From: a phage
Length of the DNA stretch: 64,000 nucleotides
Sequence record: PZ445450.1
Strand: one strand, 5' to 3'
Part shown: piece after piece, positions 1 to 11,400 of the stretch
Layout of the letters: the number at the start of each line of letters is the position of its first letter
Numbering within the stretch: position 1 is the first letter of the stretch
The notes under the pieces: model-generated
What the model saw: only the letters and a program-made list of their open reading frames with translations
The model's database searches: none
Told to the model about the DNA's origin: nothing
Program-made: the position numbers and the translations under genes

Positions 1-1
1 C

Positions 2-502
2 AACACCGATAAAACTGATGCTAAAGGTATACCTCCTTACAAGTTCCAAGTGGTTGTGTTTGGTGGTGCAACGGAGGACATTTGCCAAGCGCTTTACCAA
101 ACTATCGCCTGTACGAACAGGACTTATGGTAATATTTTCTACGATGTCACTACATCTGACGGTCAAACTGAAAGAATTTATTATTCCAAGGCAAATACCT
201 ACCGACTGGATGTAAGAATTACCTACTCCGGTGCTGCGCTTTCCACAACCGAAAAAGATGCCATTGTAGAGGCTCTTTTGCAGGTTGTTAACGGACTGGA
301 TGTTGCAGATACGTTGTATAATATCCAATTGGTCGGTGCTGCATCTGCTGCTGTGTCAATAGGCAGATTTAATAGACTGGTAATTCAAGTTAAACCAGTA
401 GGAGCTTCTGATGAAGCTTACACTACAAACGATATTGTTGCGAACATGACCGAGGTGTTTGACCTCGACGAAAGTAATATAACTTTCCAACAAACTATTT
501 AA
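2..502 (+). CDS. Tail/baseplate structural protein, C-terminal part (5' end lies outside window)
   Basis: Frame 2 is open from the window edge to the stop at 500-502; first gene of a co-directional structural block; product inferred from context only. Confidence 0.45.
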   Translation, partial: NTDKTDAKGIPPYKFQVVVFGGATEDICQALYQTIACTNRTYGNIFYDVTTSDGQTERIYYSKANTYRLDVRITYSGAALSTTEKDAIVEALLQVVNGLDVADTLYNIQLVGAASAAVSIGRFNRLVIQVKPVGASDEAYTTNDIVANMTEVFDLDESNITFQQTI

Positions 503-513
503 GGCGGCGAGAT

Positions 514-1200
514 ATGGCAGAGATTAAGTCGGATGTTAACCACATCCACACTCTGCCAGATTTTGTTCAGGGAGGTCTTGACTACCTGCCTGGAGATTTT
601 CTGGCTGAGAAGGTTAATTTAGTCACATTCTTAACCGTGTACCTTAAAAGGTTGGAGGATGTTGATAAGATGCTGGTAGGTTTGGCTGAAGGAAGATTGC
701 TTAACAATGCCAGCGGAAGATACCTTGACGAAGTTGGTAATCAACTTGGTATTCTTAGAAATGGACTTTCAGATGCTGATTTTCGTGCCACACTAATTAT
801 TCAGCAGGCCGCAGCATCAAGGGGCGGGACTCGCGAAGATGTCATCTCTACCTTGCGACAATTGTTCGGAAGAGACAATTTCGATACGTGGAAAGGAGAC
901 AACTTCAGGTTTGACATAAACATTAGAAAAACCTGCTTTGACATACTGCAGTCTATCGACCAGATCTTAGATATGCTACCATTGCCTTGTCATTTGCGTC
1001 TTACAGAATCGCAAGGGCAAGCTTTTGGTTTTGAAGGGGACTCCACAGCTCTTGGCTTCGGATCAGTATGGGAAGAAAACCAGTTCGGAGTTGGGGGGCT
1101 GGCTACTTTGCTGTATGTTCCTGACGTAAGACCTGATTGGGACACCACGACCATTTATTGTGAAAGTATTACAGTAAACGCAACTAGACAGGAGGGTTAA
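514..1200 (+). CDS. Putative small baseplate/tail protein
   Basis: 228-aa ORF packed between structural genes; N-terminal LPDFVQG..YLPGDF motif; function by position. Confidence 0.4.
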   Translation: MAEIKSDVNHIHTLPDFVQGGLDYLPGDFLAEKVNLVTFLTVYLKRLEDVDKMLVGLAEGRLLNNASGRYLDEVGNQLGILRNGLSDADFRATLIIQQAAASRGGTREDVISTLRQLFGRDNFDTWKGDNFRFDINIRKTCFDILQSIDQILDMLPLPCHLRLTESQGQAFGFEGDSTALGFGSVWEENQFGVGGLATLLYVPDVRPDWDTTTIYCESITVNATRQEG

Positions 1201-3272
1201 TGGCAACAGCTGTTTTTAAACCTTACCGTGATTACTCTACAATGGCTGCACAGTTTCATTACCGAACAGTTCAGGATACTGCCGTTCCTGGTAGGGATTA
1301 TAATCATGTTGAGGGCGATGTAACTATCCCAATTGGGGCAACCAGTATTGAGATCCCCGTGGAAATTGTTGACAAATTACCCAACAGGTTGCCAAGAAGC
1401 TTCTTTATGGAGTTTTCATCAAAATCTCAAGGGGTGATGATTGGAACACAAAGGGCGAAATGTACAATAGTTTCAGATGAGAATCTTGACAGGATATCTT
1501 GGGACACTGTTGAGGAGAGAATGTTTCACCCAAGGTATTGGGTTACAACTACTCAGCAGACTGAAAGTACCTGTATTGTTGCAGATAACAACTGTTGTAT
1601 TAACCGTTTAGTGTCAAGAACATATGGAGGTATGGCTGGGTGCATTTGGGAAACAGTTGACAAGTATGACCATTTCGGTATTGGGTTTGATGATCACTAT
1701 GAGATGAGAAACACCAAGCTTTGGTTCAGAATGTCAATAACCAATGCCAGCAACTTCTCCACTCCTGAAAAGATGATTATGACTGTAGACCTTGTTGATG
1801 GCACAATCATCTATGTTCCTTTAGCTCAATATGCTGTCAGCATCTCAGAGGACAAGAATGTTGCAGAAATTCATATTGATTTTGAGGACTGCGTCGGGAT
1901 GGACCAGAACAACAACATGATGGGTGTTGATCCTCGGCAGGTGAGAAGGATTTTAATACCGCTCATGCCTAAAGACTGGGTAAGTAATAGCACAGACCCG
2001 AGAACGGAAAATGTAGAGTGTGAGTTGCGCCTAGATCTGCTCCAGCCAGACACAGGCTGGAAAATGATGCAACTTAACAATATTCAGGTTAAAGAGCACG
2101 ATGTTGGGATCTGCACCGCATATGACGATATGTGGAACGTGTCTCCTTTAAGGGTGTTGAACAATATCAAGCGTCTGGGCTATACCGGAACCATAAACCA
2201 TTATGTTGGTATGAGTCATTATTATGACTACACATGGTCAGGAACCCAATGGTCTATAAACAGAACAGGAGCGCTAAACGCTGCAGCTTATAAATGGCAT
2301 GATGATTTTATGTACAATGCCAAACGACATAACTTCGACGTTATGCAATCTGTAAGTTTTGAGCTTTTCAGCGACGCCTGCCCGTTGGAATGGACCCAAA
2401 GAGACTGGAACGATAACTACGCTAAAACAGGGTATACACCTTGTAGCTACCTCCTGTCTCCAACCATTGAAGAGGGTATGAATTTCCTTACTGCAGTATT
2501 TAAGAATTTTGCATCAGCCGCTATGAGAAACAACCTGCCAGTGATTATGCAGGTTGGTGAACCGTGGTGGTGGTACAATACCGATACTCGTAGACCTTGT
2601 ATTTATGATTACCCTACAAAACAGGCGTTTTATGATGAGACAGGCGAGTATGCATTAGATATTGGGACTATTGACGATCCTAAAACTGGCGGTGTTTACG
2701 ACAAGTATGTAGCATTTTGTCGTGGTAAGCTTGGCGCTCGTATTGCGGCTATTTCAAAGGCAATAAAAGCACACGCTGCATCAGCTCAGATGACAGCTTT
2801 GCTGTTTTTCCCAACCATTATGGAAACCGAGCTTACGCAAAAGCTGAACCTTGCTGACCAATATAAAAAGGAAGCAGGTGCTCTTGATTTCTTCTGCACT
2901 GAGTGCTACGATTGGGTGATGCAGGGAGGTATTGAAAAGGCAAAAGAGTCTGTAAACATACCTATCGTTAAGTTAGGTTGGCAACCGTCTGAAATACAAT
3001 ACCTTGCAGGGTTCGTTCCTAGCAAAGAGCTTGCTCCGGTATATGGCTACGACCCAACTAGGAATTACCAAGAATTTTTATGGAGATGTATTTGCGGAAA
3101 CATGGCAACCATAGAGTATAGATACCCTGAGGTAAAACAGTATGTGTGGGCATACCCGCAAGTAATGTCTGACAGCATCACTGTTACCGCTAGAGATTCT
3201 ACCGTGCTTCATATGGGGCAGGTTGCTCTGAAAGGGTATGTAGAAGATGTTGTCCCGCCAGACTTCTCATAA
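1200..3272 (+). CDS. Putative tail/baseplate structural protein (690 aa)
   Basis: Long ORF, start shares a base with upstream stop (translational coupling), immediately upstream of tail fibre genes. Confidence 0.45.
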   Translation: MATAVFKPYRDYSTMAAQFHYRTVQDTAVPGRDYNHVEGDVTIPIGATSIEIPVEIVDKLPNRLPRSFFMEFSSKSQGVMIGTQRAKCTIVSDENLDRISWDTVEERMFHPRYWVTTTQQTESTCIVADNNCCINRLVSRTYGGMAGCIWETVDKYDHFGIGFDDHYEMRNTKLWFRMSITNASNFSTPEKMIMTVDLVDGTIIYVPLAQYAVSISEDKNVAEIHIDFEDCVGMDQNNNMMGVDPRQVRRILIPLMPKDWVSNSTDPRTENVECELRLDLLQPDTGWKMMQLNNIQVKEHDVGICTAYDDMWNVSPLRVLNNIKRLGYTGTINHYVGMSHYYDYTWSGTQWSINRTGALNAAAYKWHDDFMYNAKRHNFDVMQSVSFELFSDACPLEWTQRDWNDNYAKTGYTPCSYLLSPTIEEGMNFLTAVFKNFASAAMRNNLPVIMQVGEPWWWYNTDTRRPCIYDYPTKQAFYDETGEYALDIGTIDDPKTGGVYDKYVAFCRGKLGARIAAISKAIKAHAASAQMTALLFFPTIMETELTQKLNLADQYKKEAGALDFFCTECYDWVMQGGIEKAKESVNIPIVKLGWQPSEIQYLAGFVPSKELAPVYGYDPTRNYQEFLWRCICGNMATIEYRYPEVKQYVWAYPQVMSDSITVTARDSTVLHMGQVALKGYVEDVVPPDFS

Positions 3273-3284
3273 TCAGGAGATAAA

Positions 3285-4325
3285 ATGTCAAAACCTAGTT
3301 TTCCATTAGAGATTTGGGCAGAGGAGGATCAGGTTCTGCCTAACACCCACAGACAGAACAGGCTACGCCCGATTGATGATTTGTGGAGAAAAGGTTGGGA
3401 TCTTGGTCAAAAGCCCTCATGCGAAGAGCTTAACTATATTTTCAATATGCTCGGGACTTGGGCAAAATACATTGCTGACGAGCAGATTCCCGCTCAAGAA
3501 GGCCGTTATCTGGTACGTGATAATAACTTGAGTGATCTTTTGAACATTCCTGTTGCCCGTAGAAACCTTGGGATTATTACTAAGGAAGAGGCAGACGCCA
3601 GGTATGTAAAAGTTACAGGTGATACAATGACAGGCCCATTGGGTTTGCAACGTATCAACTTTAAAGCTGCCGAGACAGATAAGGCTTGGATAGAGACAAC
3701 TATTGGCCCAGATAAGACAACTCTCGACTTTGGGTTAAGTGATAATTTTGGGTCGTTTGATGATGGTGGCACATCTACAATAGATGCGTTTCGTTGGAGA
3801 TTCCAGCCAACTCAGCCGGATATTAATCCAGAGTTCACTTTGATGTACCTTAACGCGATCACGGCTAACCGTGCGCTGTTGAAAGTGGTAGGCAATGTTG
3901 AAGTTGTCGATAACATGAGGTGCAATAACCTTACTATCAGCAATACAGCAACATTCACCAACTGTAATGTGGCTAGTCAGTTGACGGCTGGGTCAGTATA
4001 TGTTAATGGTGGTGCAAGTTGTGACAGTATGGTTGTAAGAAGCCAGCACTGTGTTGTCGGTAACAGAAATGTGGTGCGCTCCGTGAATGGAGTGACGGCT
4101 AACGGTAACGGTGATGTAACGATCACTATCCCGCAGACAGGTGTGCAAGACATCAGAATCGGTGCAAGACTTGTGGACGGCGTTTCTGAATCTCCAATCC
4201 GCAACGGCTACGTTGTCACAGGCTGGCATTTCGGTGACAAAAAAGAGATGCGTGGTTCAACCTACTGGGCAGGACCTTTACAAAAACTTGTAAATGGTCA
4301 ATGGATCACTGTTAATTATGCATAG
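3285..4325 (+). CDS. Tail fibre protein, paralog A
   Basis: RBS AGGAGA before ATG; N-terminus PLEIWAEEDQV.. and C-terminus LVNGQWITVNYA shared with the 5340-6383 paralog; followed by a Tfa chaperone gene. Confidence 0.65.
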   Translation: MSKPSFPLEIWAEEDQVLPNTHRQNRLRPIDDLWRKGWDLGQKPSCEELNYIFNMLGTWAKYIADEQIPAQEGRYLVRDNNLSDLLNIPVARRNLGIITKEEADARYVKVTGDTMTGPLGLQRINFKAAETDKAWIETTIGPDKTTLDFGLSDNFGSFDDGGTSTIDAFRWRFQPTQPDINPEFTLMYLNAITANRALLKVVGNVEVVDNMRCNNLTISNTATFTNCNVASQLTAGSVYVNGGASCDSMVVRSQHCVVGNRNVVRSVNGVTANGNGDVTITIPQTGVQDIRIGARLVDGVSESPIRNGYVVTGWHFGDKKEMRGSTYWAGPLQKLVNGQWITVNYA

Positions 4326-4339
4326 ATCGGAGGACTAGC

Positions 4340-4924
4340 ATGAAAATACTTCAAGAGTTTAAACTTTACCAACCGGGATCTGGCGAATACCACTCCAACA
4401 AGGAAACCAAGGAGCTGACCCCTCAAGAGGTCGAGGATTACACCGCATACACTGGGTATTTTTTACGTAATGATGATGGTGATTGGTATGTGCAGTCACG
4501 AACATTACGACAAGAAAATCCAGGGTGTATCTTCCTACTTGTTGACGAGAAGGGAATTCTTAAGACATCTACAGAAGAACCTGATGCCTTATGGCCTGCT
4601 CCAGGTCTTCGTGTGGTTATCGCCAAAAAAGAAGAGGTACCAGAAAACATTATGCTTCACCACGACGCTTTGCGTTTAGTTGGTGATGAATTTGTCACAG
4701 ACAATGAATTCTTTGTTCAACAGGCAGAGGGTGTCATAGAGACAGAACTTGCTTGGGCTACTGCTAGAATTGGTGCCTATCAAGACATGATTGACCTTGA
4801 ATATGATCTTACTGATGACCAGAAACGTAACATCAGAGATTTGAAAATGTACAGGGTAAAACTTCTTGAAATAGATACATCTAAAGCCCCTGACATTTTC
4901 TTCCCGGAGCGACCTACCCTCTAA
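4340..4924 (+). CDS. Tail fibre assembly chaperone (Tfa family)
   Basis: C-terminal MYRVKLLEIDTSKAPDIFFPERP matches the conserved Tfa signature (W.KYRV.L..VDTS.APDI.WP); sits directly after a fibre gene; RBS GGAGGA. Confidence 0.7.
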   Translation: MKILQEFKLYQPGSGEYHSNKETKELTPQEVEDYTAYTGYFLRNDDGDWYVQSRTLRQENPGCIFLLVDEKGILKTSTEEPDALWPAPGLRVVIAKKEEVPENIMLHHDALRLVGDEFVTDNEFFVQQAEGVIETELAWATARIGAYQDMIDLEYDLTDDQKRNIRDLKMYRVKLLEIDTSKAPDIFFPERPTL

Positions 4925-4935
4925 GAGGAGGTGTT

Positions 4936-5250
4936 GTGGAGTTGGATTTGGCGGCATTGTACGGTATCTGCATGGGTACCGTTGTCCCGATCTGTGTATG
5001 GGCTTTCAACCAGTGGCACACCAAATGGAAAGGCATTTCCAAGAGGTTGGATGAGCTGGAGAAAGACCTCATCTTAGTGAAAAACAGTATGGTTACAAAA
5101 GATAGACTTGATTCCGTTATCGAGACTCGGTTAAGCAAGCTAGAGGCCGATATTAACGACCTTAAGCAGGATGTCAGGACAGATGTCTCCGGCATCCGAG
5201 CTGATGTACAAAAGATTTTGCACATGCTCGTAGAGCATAGTAAAAGGTAA
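4936..5250 (+). CDS. Membrane-anchored coiled-coil protein, unknown function
   Basis: 104-aa ORF, GTG start after GAGGAGG; N-terminal hydrophobic helix LAALYGICMGTVVPICVWAF then heptad-rich region. Confidence 0.4.
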   Translation: MELDLAALYGICMGTVVPICVWAFNQWHTKWKGISKRLDELEKDLILVKNSMVTKDRLDSVIETRLSKLEADINDLKQDVRTDVSGIRADVQKILHMLVEHSKR

Positions 5251-5259
5251 ACAAAGGTC

Positions 5260-5295
5260 AGAACGGAAAGGACTCCGTTCTTGCATTTTGTTCTC
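5260..5295 (+). terminator. Rho-independent terminator
   Basis: 8-bp stem AGAACGGA/TCCGTTCT with 6-nt loop, followed by TGCATTTTGTTCTC. Confidence 0.6.
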
Positions 5296-5339
5296 TAAAG
5301 TGTTAAAATAGTCCTAAGGAATTTTCTCAGGAGAACGTG

Positions 5340-6383
5340 ATGACTAAACCAGTTATCCCTCTTGATATTTGGGCCAATCAGGATGTTGTGCTTGAAAATA
5401 CGGGAGAGTTGAATAAATCTCAACCAAAAAAAGAAGAGAGATTGAAAGGTTGGGATATGACACAAAGAATGGCATGTGAAGTTGTTAACTTTGAACTTCA
5501 CATGCTTTCTGCGTGGTTGAAGCATTTAACAGAAGATGTTGTCCCAGGATGGGATAATAGATTCTTAAGGGTCACTAATAATCTAGCAGACGTTCCAGAC
5601 AAAGCTGCTGCACGTCAAGTTCTCAATGTATACTCACCTGAAGAAATGGACGATCTATATGTTGACAAGTCTGGAGACATAATGACTCAGACTCAAACTT
5701 TAGGTCTTCAAAGAATCGAGTTTGCATCTGCGTCAACAGACAGTGCGGCAATATATACCACCATAACTCCAGACAAGACGACGATGGATTTCTGGATTAT
5801 GGACAACATCGGTGGTGCTGACGGCACAGACCTTGATGATCCTTCTCACCAAATAGATGGGTTCCGTTGGAGATTTCAACCTTCTGGTGGGCAGCCTGTG
5901 TTTTCAGCTATGAAGCTCAATGCTATAACTGCCAACCGTGCAAGACTGGCTATCCAAGGAAATCTTGAATGCAACGATGCAAAAAGTTCCTCTGCAAATG
6001 CCAATGCGGTCACGATACCAAGAGCCACTGTTAATGGACAACAATCCTGCGGAAGCGCTCAAATAGGTGGAAGAGTTGATTGTAACGATGAAACCGTCAG
6101 GGGCCAATATGCAACAGTTGGTGGAAGAAACGTGGTCCGCAGGGTAAATGGTAACGGCGCAGACAGTAGCGGTAACCTTACTATCCCTATGCCTAGCAGA
6201 GGGGTTGATGATGTAAGGATAGCAAACCGTTTTAAAACCACCTACAGAGAGTCAAGAGTCTACCCTGGACATGTGATGTGCTCTGGTAACTACGCTTATA
6301 AACACCCTTATCAAGGTGATTACTGGACAGGTGCTATCCAAAAACTTGTAAATGGTCAATGGATCACTATATCTTATGCTTAA
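5340..6383 (+). CDS. Tail fibre protein, paralog B
   Basis: ATG at 5340 after AGGAGA (track start 5337 is GTG); N-terminus PLDIWANQD.. and C-terminus LVNGQWITISYA conserved with paralog A, middle divergent. Confidence 0.65.
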   Translation: MTKPVIPLDIWANQDVVLENTGELNKSQPKKEERLKGWDMTQRMACEVVNFELHMLSAWLKHLTEDVVPGWDNRFLRVTNNLADVPDKAAARQVLNVYSPEEMDDLYVDKSGDIMTQTQTLGLQRIEFASASTDSAAIYTTITPDKTTMDFWIMDNIGGADGTDLDDPSHQIDGFRWRFQPSGGQPVFSAMKLNAITANRARLAIQGNLECNDAKSSSANANAVTIPRATVNGQQSCGSAQIGGRVDCNDETVRGQYATVGGRNVVRRVNGNGADSSGNLTIPMPSRGVDDVRIANRFKTTYRESRVYPGHVMCSGNYAYKHPYQGDYWTGAIQKLVNGQWITISYA

Positions 6384-6394
6384 AAAGAGGGTAA

Positions 6395-6661
6395 ATGAAA
6401 CTAACTCAGTTTTTATGGGGACTGGTTGCGGCATCTGATGACCCTACGAAAGTGTCCCAATCTAAGCTATGGTCGAACATAGGCATGGCGGTGATGACTG
6501 GGGTGTTTATTCATATGGGGTATAATGATACGCTTCCTGAATGGTATGCGTGGATATACGCGCCTTCAGTAGCTTGCCCCCAGCTTATTAGCAAATTCAT
6601 CTCGCTCCGGTGGGGTTGCCAGCACCCTGACCACGTTAAAAACGAAGAGCAAAAAGCTTAA
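6395..6661 (+). CDS. Small hydrophobic protein, unknown function
   Basis: 88-aa ORF between fibre genes with hydrophobic segments; possible fibre accessory protein; no motif recognised. Confidence 0.4.
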   Translation: MKLTQFLWGLVAASDDPTKVSQSKLWSNIGMAVMTGVFIHMGYNDTLPEWYAWIYAPSVACPQLISKFISLRWGCQHPDHVKNEEQKA

Positions 6662-6670
6662 GGAGAAATC

Positions 6671-8416
6671 ATGGCGCAAGACATGACAAGCTTTGAGCAG
6701 GCGGTAGATCAAGTAATTGTTGATTCTGAACGTTTGCACCTGATTGTCAACGGTAACGCTGTGGATGAAGTTGTCGTAGAGGATGGGACCACCATCCCTA
6801 CGGTACGAAAAGCCATGCTTGACACCCTTTATTTTAAAACGCCACCGATCCCTTGGGCGTATGGTGCATCCACAACAGTTTTTAACCAGCTGTACGAGTT
6901 TAAAGGGGACACAGGCCCTCAGTGGTGGTACGCTCCCGCAGCATCAAAATCTAACCCGGTTAGAATGCCAGCAGATCCTTCACAATCCCCAAACTGGAGA
7001 TTATATACCGATTCTGCAGTAATGGCAAAATACTACGCAAAACTTAACAGTCCGAGGTTCGAAGGTGACCCGCGAGTACCTACGCCTCCAATGGACGACA
7101 AATCCGAGTCTATAGCAAACACAGAGTTTGTTGTTGACTATGTGGATAGCATATTTGAAGCCATGGAGGGAATGAAAGTTACTGTAGGGTCTTTGGTGGT
7201 AAAAGGTCTTACAGAACTTGCTAACACTATAGTTGGTGGCACACTCACCTTACATGGGCCTGTTAATGGAGCAGATTCTACTGCACGCTTCAGGAACCTA
7301 ATCCTCACGGCAAATACTTCTACACTTACTTTTGCGTGGAGTGATCCTAAGCATGCAGACTGGAGAAGCACAGAGCTGCAACCTCATGAAGTGTCCACCC
7401 ACAGGGTTATAGCTGACACTATAACTTCTGGGAAACCAGTGGCTAATAATAACGATGTGCATTTTGATGGTCTAGGTAATAACTTTTTTGACTACGTGTA
7501 CATTCGTGGTAATGCCATGAAGGCAGCAACCGAACCGACATTGCAGGTAGATGGAACCACCAGGGTTAAGAACCTTGAGGTGACAGGCACTGTTACAGGG
7601 ATAACCTACTCTGTCGATGGCACCATGATTTACCCTAGCTATATTGAAAGCACGGGGGACGCATTAATAAATGGTGATTTAGAAGTTGGCGGATCTGTAG
7701 TTATTCGAGGTACAGCCTCTATCCAAAACATAGCTCTGAATACCCTAAGAGTCAATGAGCGTGCAACTTTTGAAGGGGAAGGGCTTACAGCCAACAAAGG
7801 TGTAATTACCGAGCTGACAACCACTACTTTAACTGCAACAACTGCAAACTCTGAAAACTGCAACGTTACCAGAAACTTGCAGGTAAATGGAGATGTTAGT
7901 TTAAACGCAGCAGGGACGGGCACCACCTACCTTCACAACCTTGAAATATCCGGCACAGTGACTGGGTGGCTGCCAGACTTCTCTAATGTCAACTTTGTTT
8001 GTAATGGCATTAACTCCAGCGGCAAGATAACCACCTCTCAAGAAATTGAGGCGGGTAAAACCATTACTGCCCCTACTTTCCACGCAGGAAAGGTAGATTT
8101 TGATTTAGAGGAGGTTGACGCGTCCAGTGGGACATGGACACCTAACGGGCAGGCCAGTATGTATGTTGTCCACGCGAAAGGGGATTTTACAATAGGACAA
8201 TGGCCTGGTACATCAGCGGAAGATAAACCTTATCCATTCACTGCGGTTATCTATGTCATTCAGGATGCTGTAGGTCACAACGTGACTTTGCACGATAAGT
8301 ATGCTATCCTGTCGGCAACGCCTGTTATTAATAACAAGGCTAATAGTGTTACCTTGCTGCAATTAACATATTGTGGTGTTGGTGATATCGTAGACGTAGT
8401 AATTGCACAACGTTAA
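6671..8416 (+). CDS. Tail fibre protein with conserved phage fibre motif
   Basis: RBS AAGGAGA; contains LNSPRFEGDPRVPTPPMDDKSESIANTEFV, the conserved SP.F.G.P..PT...IANT.FV fibre motif seen in T4/P2/lambda fibres. Confidence 0.7.
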   Translation: MAQDMTSFEQAVDQVIVDSERLHLIVNGNAVDEVVVEDGTTIPTVRKAMLDTLYFKTPPIPWAYGASTTVFNQLYEFKGDTGPQWWYAPAASKSNPVRMPADPSQSPNWRLYTDSAVMAKYYAKLNSPRFEGDPRVPTPPMDDKSESIANTEFVVDYVDSIFEAMEGMKVTVGSLVVKGLTELANTIVGGTLTLHGPVNGADSTARFRNLILTANTSTLTFAWSDPKHADWRSTELQPHEVSTHRVIADTITSGKPVANNNDVHFDGLGNNFFDYVYIRGNAMKAATEPTLQVDGTTRVKNLEVTGTVTGITYSVDGTMIYPSYIESTGDALINGDLEVGGSVVIRGTASIQNIALNTLRVNERATFEGEGLTANKGVITELTTTTLTATTANSENCNVTRNLQVNGDVSLNAAGTGTTYLHNLEISGTVTGWLPDFSNVNFVCNGINSSGKITTSQEIEAGKTITAPTFHAGKVDFDLEEVDASSGTWTPNGQASMYVVHAKGDFTIGQWPGTSAEDKPYPFTAVIYVIQDAVGHNVTLHDKYAILSATPVINNKANSVTLLQLTYCGVGDIVDVVIAQR

Positions 8417-8425
8417 TATATATCT

Positions 8426-8455
8426 AACCGCTCCTGACGGGGCGGTTTTCTTATC
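8426..8455 (+). terminator. Rho-independent terminator
   Basis: Stem AACCGCTCC/GGGGCGGTT with TGAC loop, followed by TTCTTATCT. Confidence 0.55.
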
Positions 8456-8466
8456 TGGAGAACACA

Positions 8467-11400
8467 ATGCTTCCAATCCCTTTGCTAAAACTTGGTCGTC
8501 ATTTCCTCGATAAGAGAGGTGGAATTAAGGAACTTGCTGTTCTGTCATACCCAATAGACAACAGTGATGGTACAAGCAACACAGTATCCTATGTAAATAG
8601 CTTAGCTATACTTTTTGATGATGGTCAACTTAATATCACGGGCTATAACAGGTTCGGAGAGTGCCGCACTGGGGATCTTGACACGATAAACTATCCCAAC
8701 GAGGCTGCCTGGAACGTTGATCATGTGTGGAGAGCAGACCGTGCGTTTGTGATCCGAACTTTTGATAACCAGTTTTTCTACATCGGCTGCACTGCAGGGC
8801 TTATTGGGTCTGATGCTGCAGGCGGTAATGATGTTTGTGTAAGAGAGTGGACACCTCTTCCTGAACAGATCGTTAAAGGATTGCACCTTGACACCCACCC
8901 AGAGCGCCTTATTGAGGTGATGGGTGGTATTAACAACACTGTCTGGGTTATTGCAGAGGCAGAAGGCACTGGCATACTTAACCTGTATGGGTCTGGTAAC
9001 AACACCTACGGATCTTTGCATGTAGATAAAAATCAGCATGCAACCCCTGTAAAGATTGGTGAGACATCGGAAAATCCTGAAACAGGCCCTTGGAAAAACC
9101 CAAGCATCAACTGCGAGGTGCATGACAACTCTGTTATTTTCGGTGGTCCTAGGGGTTTCTGGATTGCTGGATACGACTTTCTGAGAAATAACAGTAGAAA
9201 CGACCTTGTTTGGCCTCCTGTGCAGATCACTCGTAACGATTTGAGGGGCATTCCTGCAGATGAGGAGTGGAAAGGGTTTATGTGTGGTCCTAACGGGGCA
9301 ATAATTGCCACACAGAGGATGCATAGACCCGATGACCAGCAGCTTGTTAACGTATTCTACGGGCAAGACGTTTGGGGAGATGACACATGGCGTTCCTTAA
9401 ATATCACCTACACCCATGAGGTAATAATGGCTCGTGGGTACGGCACAAGTGGCATTTTCTTCAATAATGGCACTAAGCAGTATCGTGGATTCTCTCGCAA
9501 CTTGTGTAATGATATTGGCGCACAATCTGCAAACAATAGCCCTAGGGCCAATTTTATCCACTATCAAGCTCTTGCTACAGCTAAATATGTTGAGCAACGC
9601 CTGCCAGTTAGCTGGACAGAGAGTGTTTATTTCCAAGGCATCCACAGGGAAGGTTTCTTAGGAACCTTTACTGTTGTTAATGGTAAACTTTGGTGGTCAG
9701 GCATCCCAAGGGGGAGTTTTGCAGGCTCTAACAACCTGTTTGGCGGCAGACTTAATAGTCAGGGGTTCACAGAGGTTCCTGAGAATTGGTATAAAAATGT
9801 CCCAGTAGACAGTTGGGGTGTTGATGATATTTTCGACGTTAACGGTGTTAGCAGCGTTAGCAATATTTACATTGGTGACACGGTCAAGATGAAATTGAAG
9901 CCTCAGCCAGAAGGGGCTACGTTCATTATTGACAAGATTGAACTGGTAAATGCTGCAGGCACGGTTGTTACAGATGCAAATTACCAATTCTCCACCAACT
10001 GGAACCACGGCGGGGCCAATGAAGTTGTTGTTACCCAGTATAACAGAAATGTTAACAGACGTGGCCTGTACTCTGTAAAAATAACTTATCATGACAAGCA
10101 TGGCACAGGCAGAACCCATACGACAAGGACTTTGAACTGGAACACCATAGTTCCTGCGTATCCGTCTAACGGCAAGTGGCATACCGTTGGTAGAAACAAG
10201 CAGTTCCATGTTAACGATACTGTATACTTTGGGCTGAATGGTACTCAGCCTGCAGTAGAAGGTGATACATCATATATGGTCCGACTCCACAGAATGGATG
10301 CTGGATCAGTCACTTACGATGTTACCCAAGAGATTTATGATCAGAGAAGAAATACCTACAACAACTTGGTGCAGACACAGGCCGTATGGGAGTTCAACCC
10401 TAACGGCAGAGGTGGTAAAATGTTGCAGGTTAACGAGCAAAACGGAACGTCGTTAACTGTCCACGAACACCCAGACCCTTGGCCTGATCCTGGAAAACCT
10501 CACCCAGGCGCTCGTACGCTGAAAATTGTCAGCCATGATGTAGGATATTTCGGAATACGCTGGGAAGCTACAGTAAGGTATGCCGACGGGACAACAAACA
10601 ACATAGGGATTACACTTGGTGGCACCAGTGAAGATAACTCGCTGAAAATTGCCTACACTCCTAGAGGTATATCTATTGACAATATGGATGTTGTTCGCAA
10701 TGGTTACGGCGATGTGAATGTCAAAGTTACTCTTGGCGAACATCTTGGTGGGGAAAGGATCATCATGTATGCTTTTGATCATGACCCGCGTACCAACGGA
10801 ACTTATGCAAATCAGGCATGGAGTTACCTGATAAATGCACCTGGGCCGAATACTAAAGAGTTCTACTACGGCATGAAGCGAGATGTGTGCAAGAAAACAG
10901 GAACACATGACTGGATTGCTATCTGCGTTAAAGATGAGCGCACAGCTTGGGATGAGCCTGTTAACAGATGGTTCATAGGTATTCCTACCAGAAGTGATAA
11001 GTATGTCGCAGAATATATTGTATGCATGGGCGGTACCAACCTGAACATGTGTTGGAACGAGGATGCAAACAAATACTCTGATTATGACTATATGAGGGAC
11101 TACTCTTGTAATCAGTGGTTTAACCAATCAACAGGATACCCTCCACGTCAGGCGAGAGTAAACCCTGCAATCTTCACAGATACGCAGGTTTTCTTGACAA
11201 AACAGGCCAACGAGGTTCAGACCTTCAAGAATAAATACGATCCTAACAAGTGGTTCTACAACTGTTACGGCGCATTTTTCTGGGGACCTGGTGAGTTACC
11301 TGGTGGAGGATCTTGCTTGAATGAGGCAACTTACGCCAGTGACTACATCATGGGGCAGGTCAAGAAGTATAAGATAATCCCCGGTCCTGAGACTCTGGGC

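Noticed and set aside
1871-2080. Short antisense ORFs (60-110 aa) scattered inside annotated genes throughout the track
   Set aside because: Overlap longer motif-supported genes on the opposite strand and lack RBS; counted as non-coding frames
3285-6383. Mu G-segment-like invertible host-range switch for the duplicated tail fibres
   Set aside because: Both fibre genes are on the same strand, no flanking inverted repeats, and no invertase/recombinase gene in the window
8602-11127. Minus-strand ORFs of 170-254 aa (8602-9366, 9697-10209, 10453-11127) inside the giant plus-strand gene
   Set aside because: Fully embedded antisense to a long uninterrupted ORF in a densely packed co-directional block; treated as shadow ORFs
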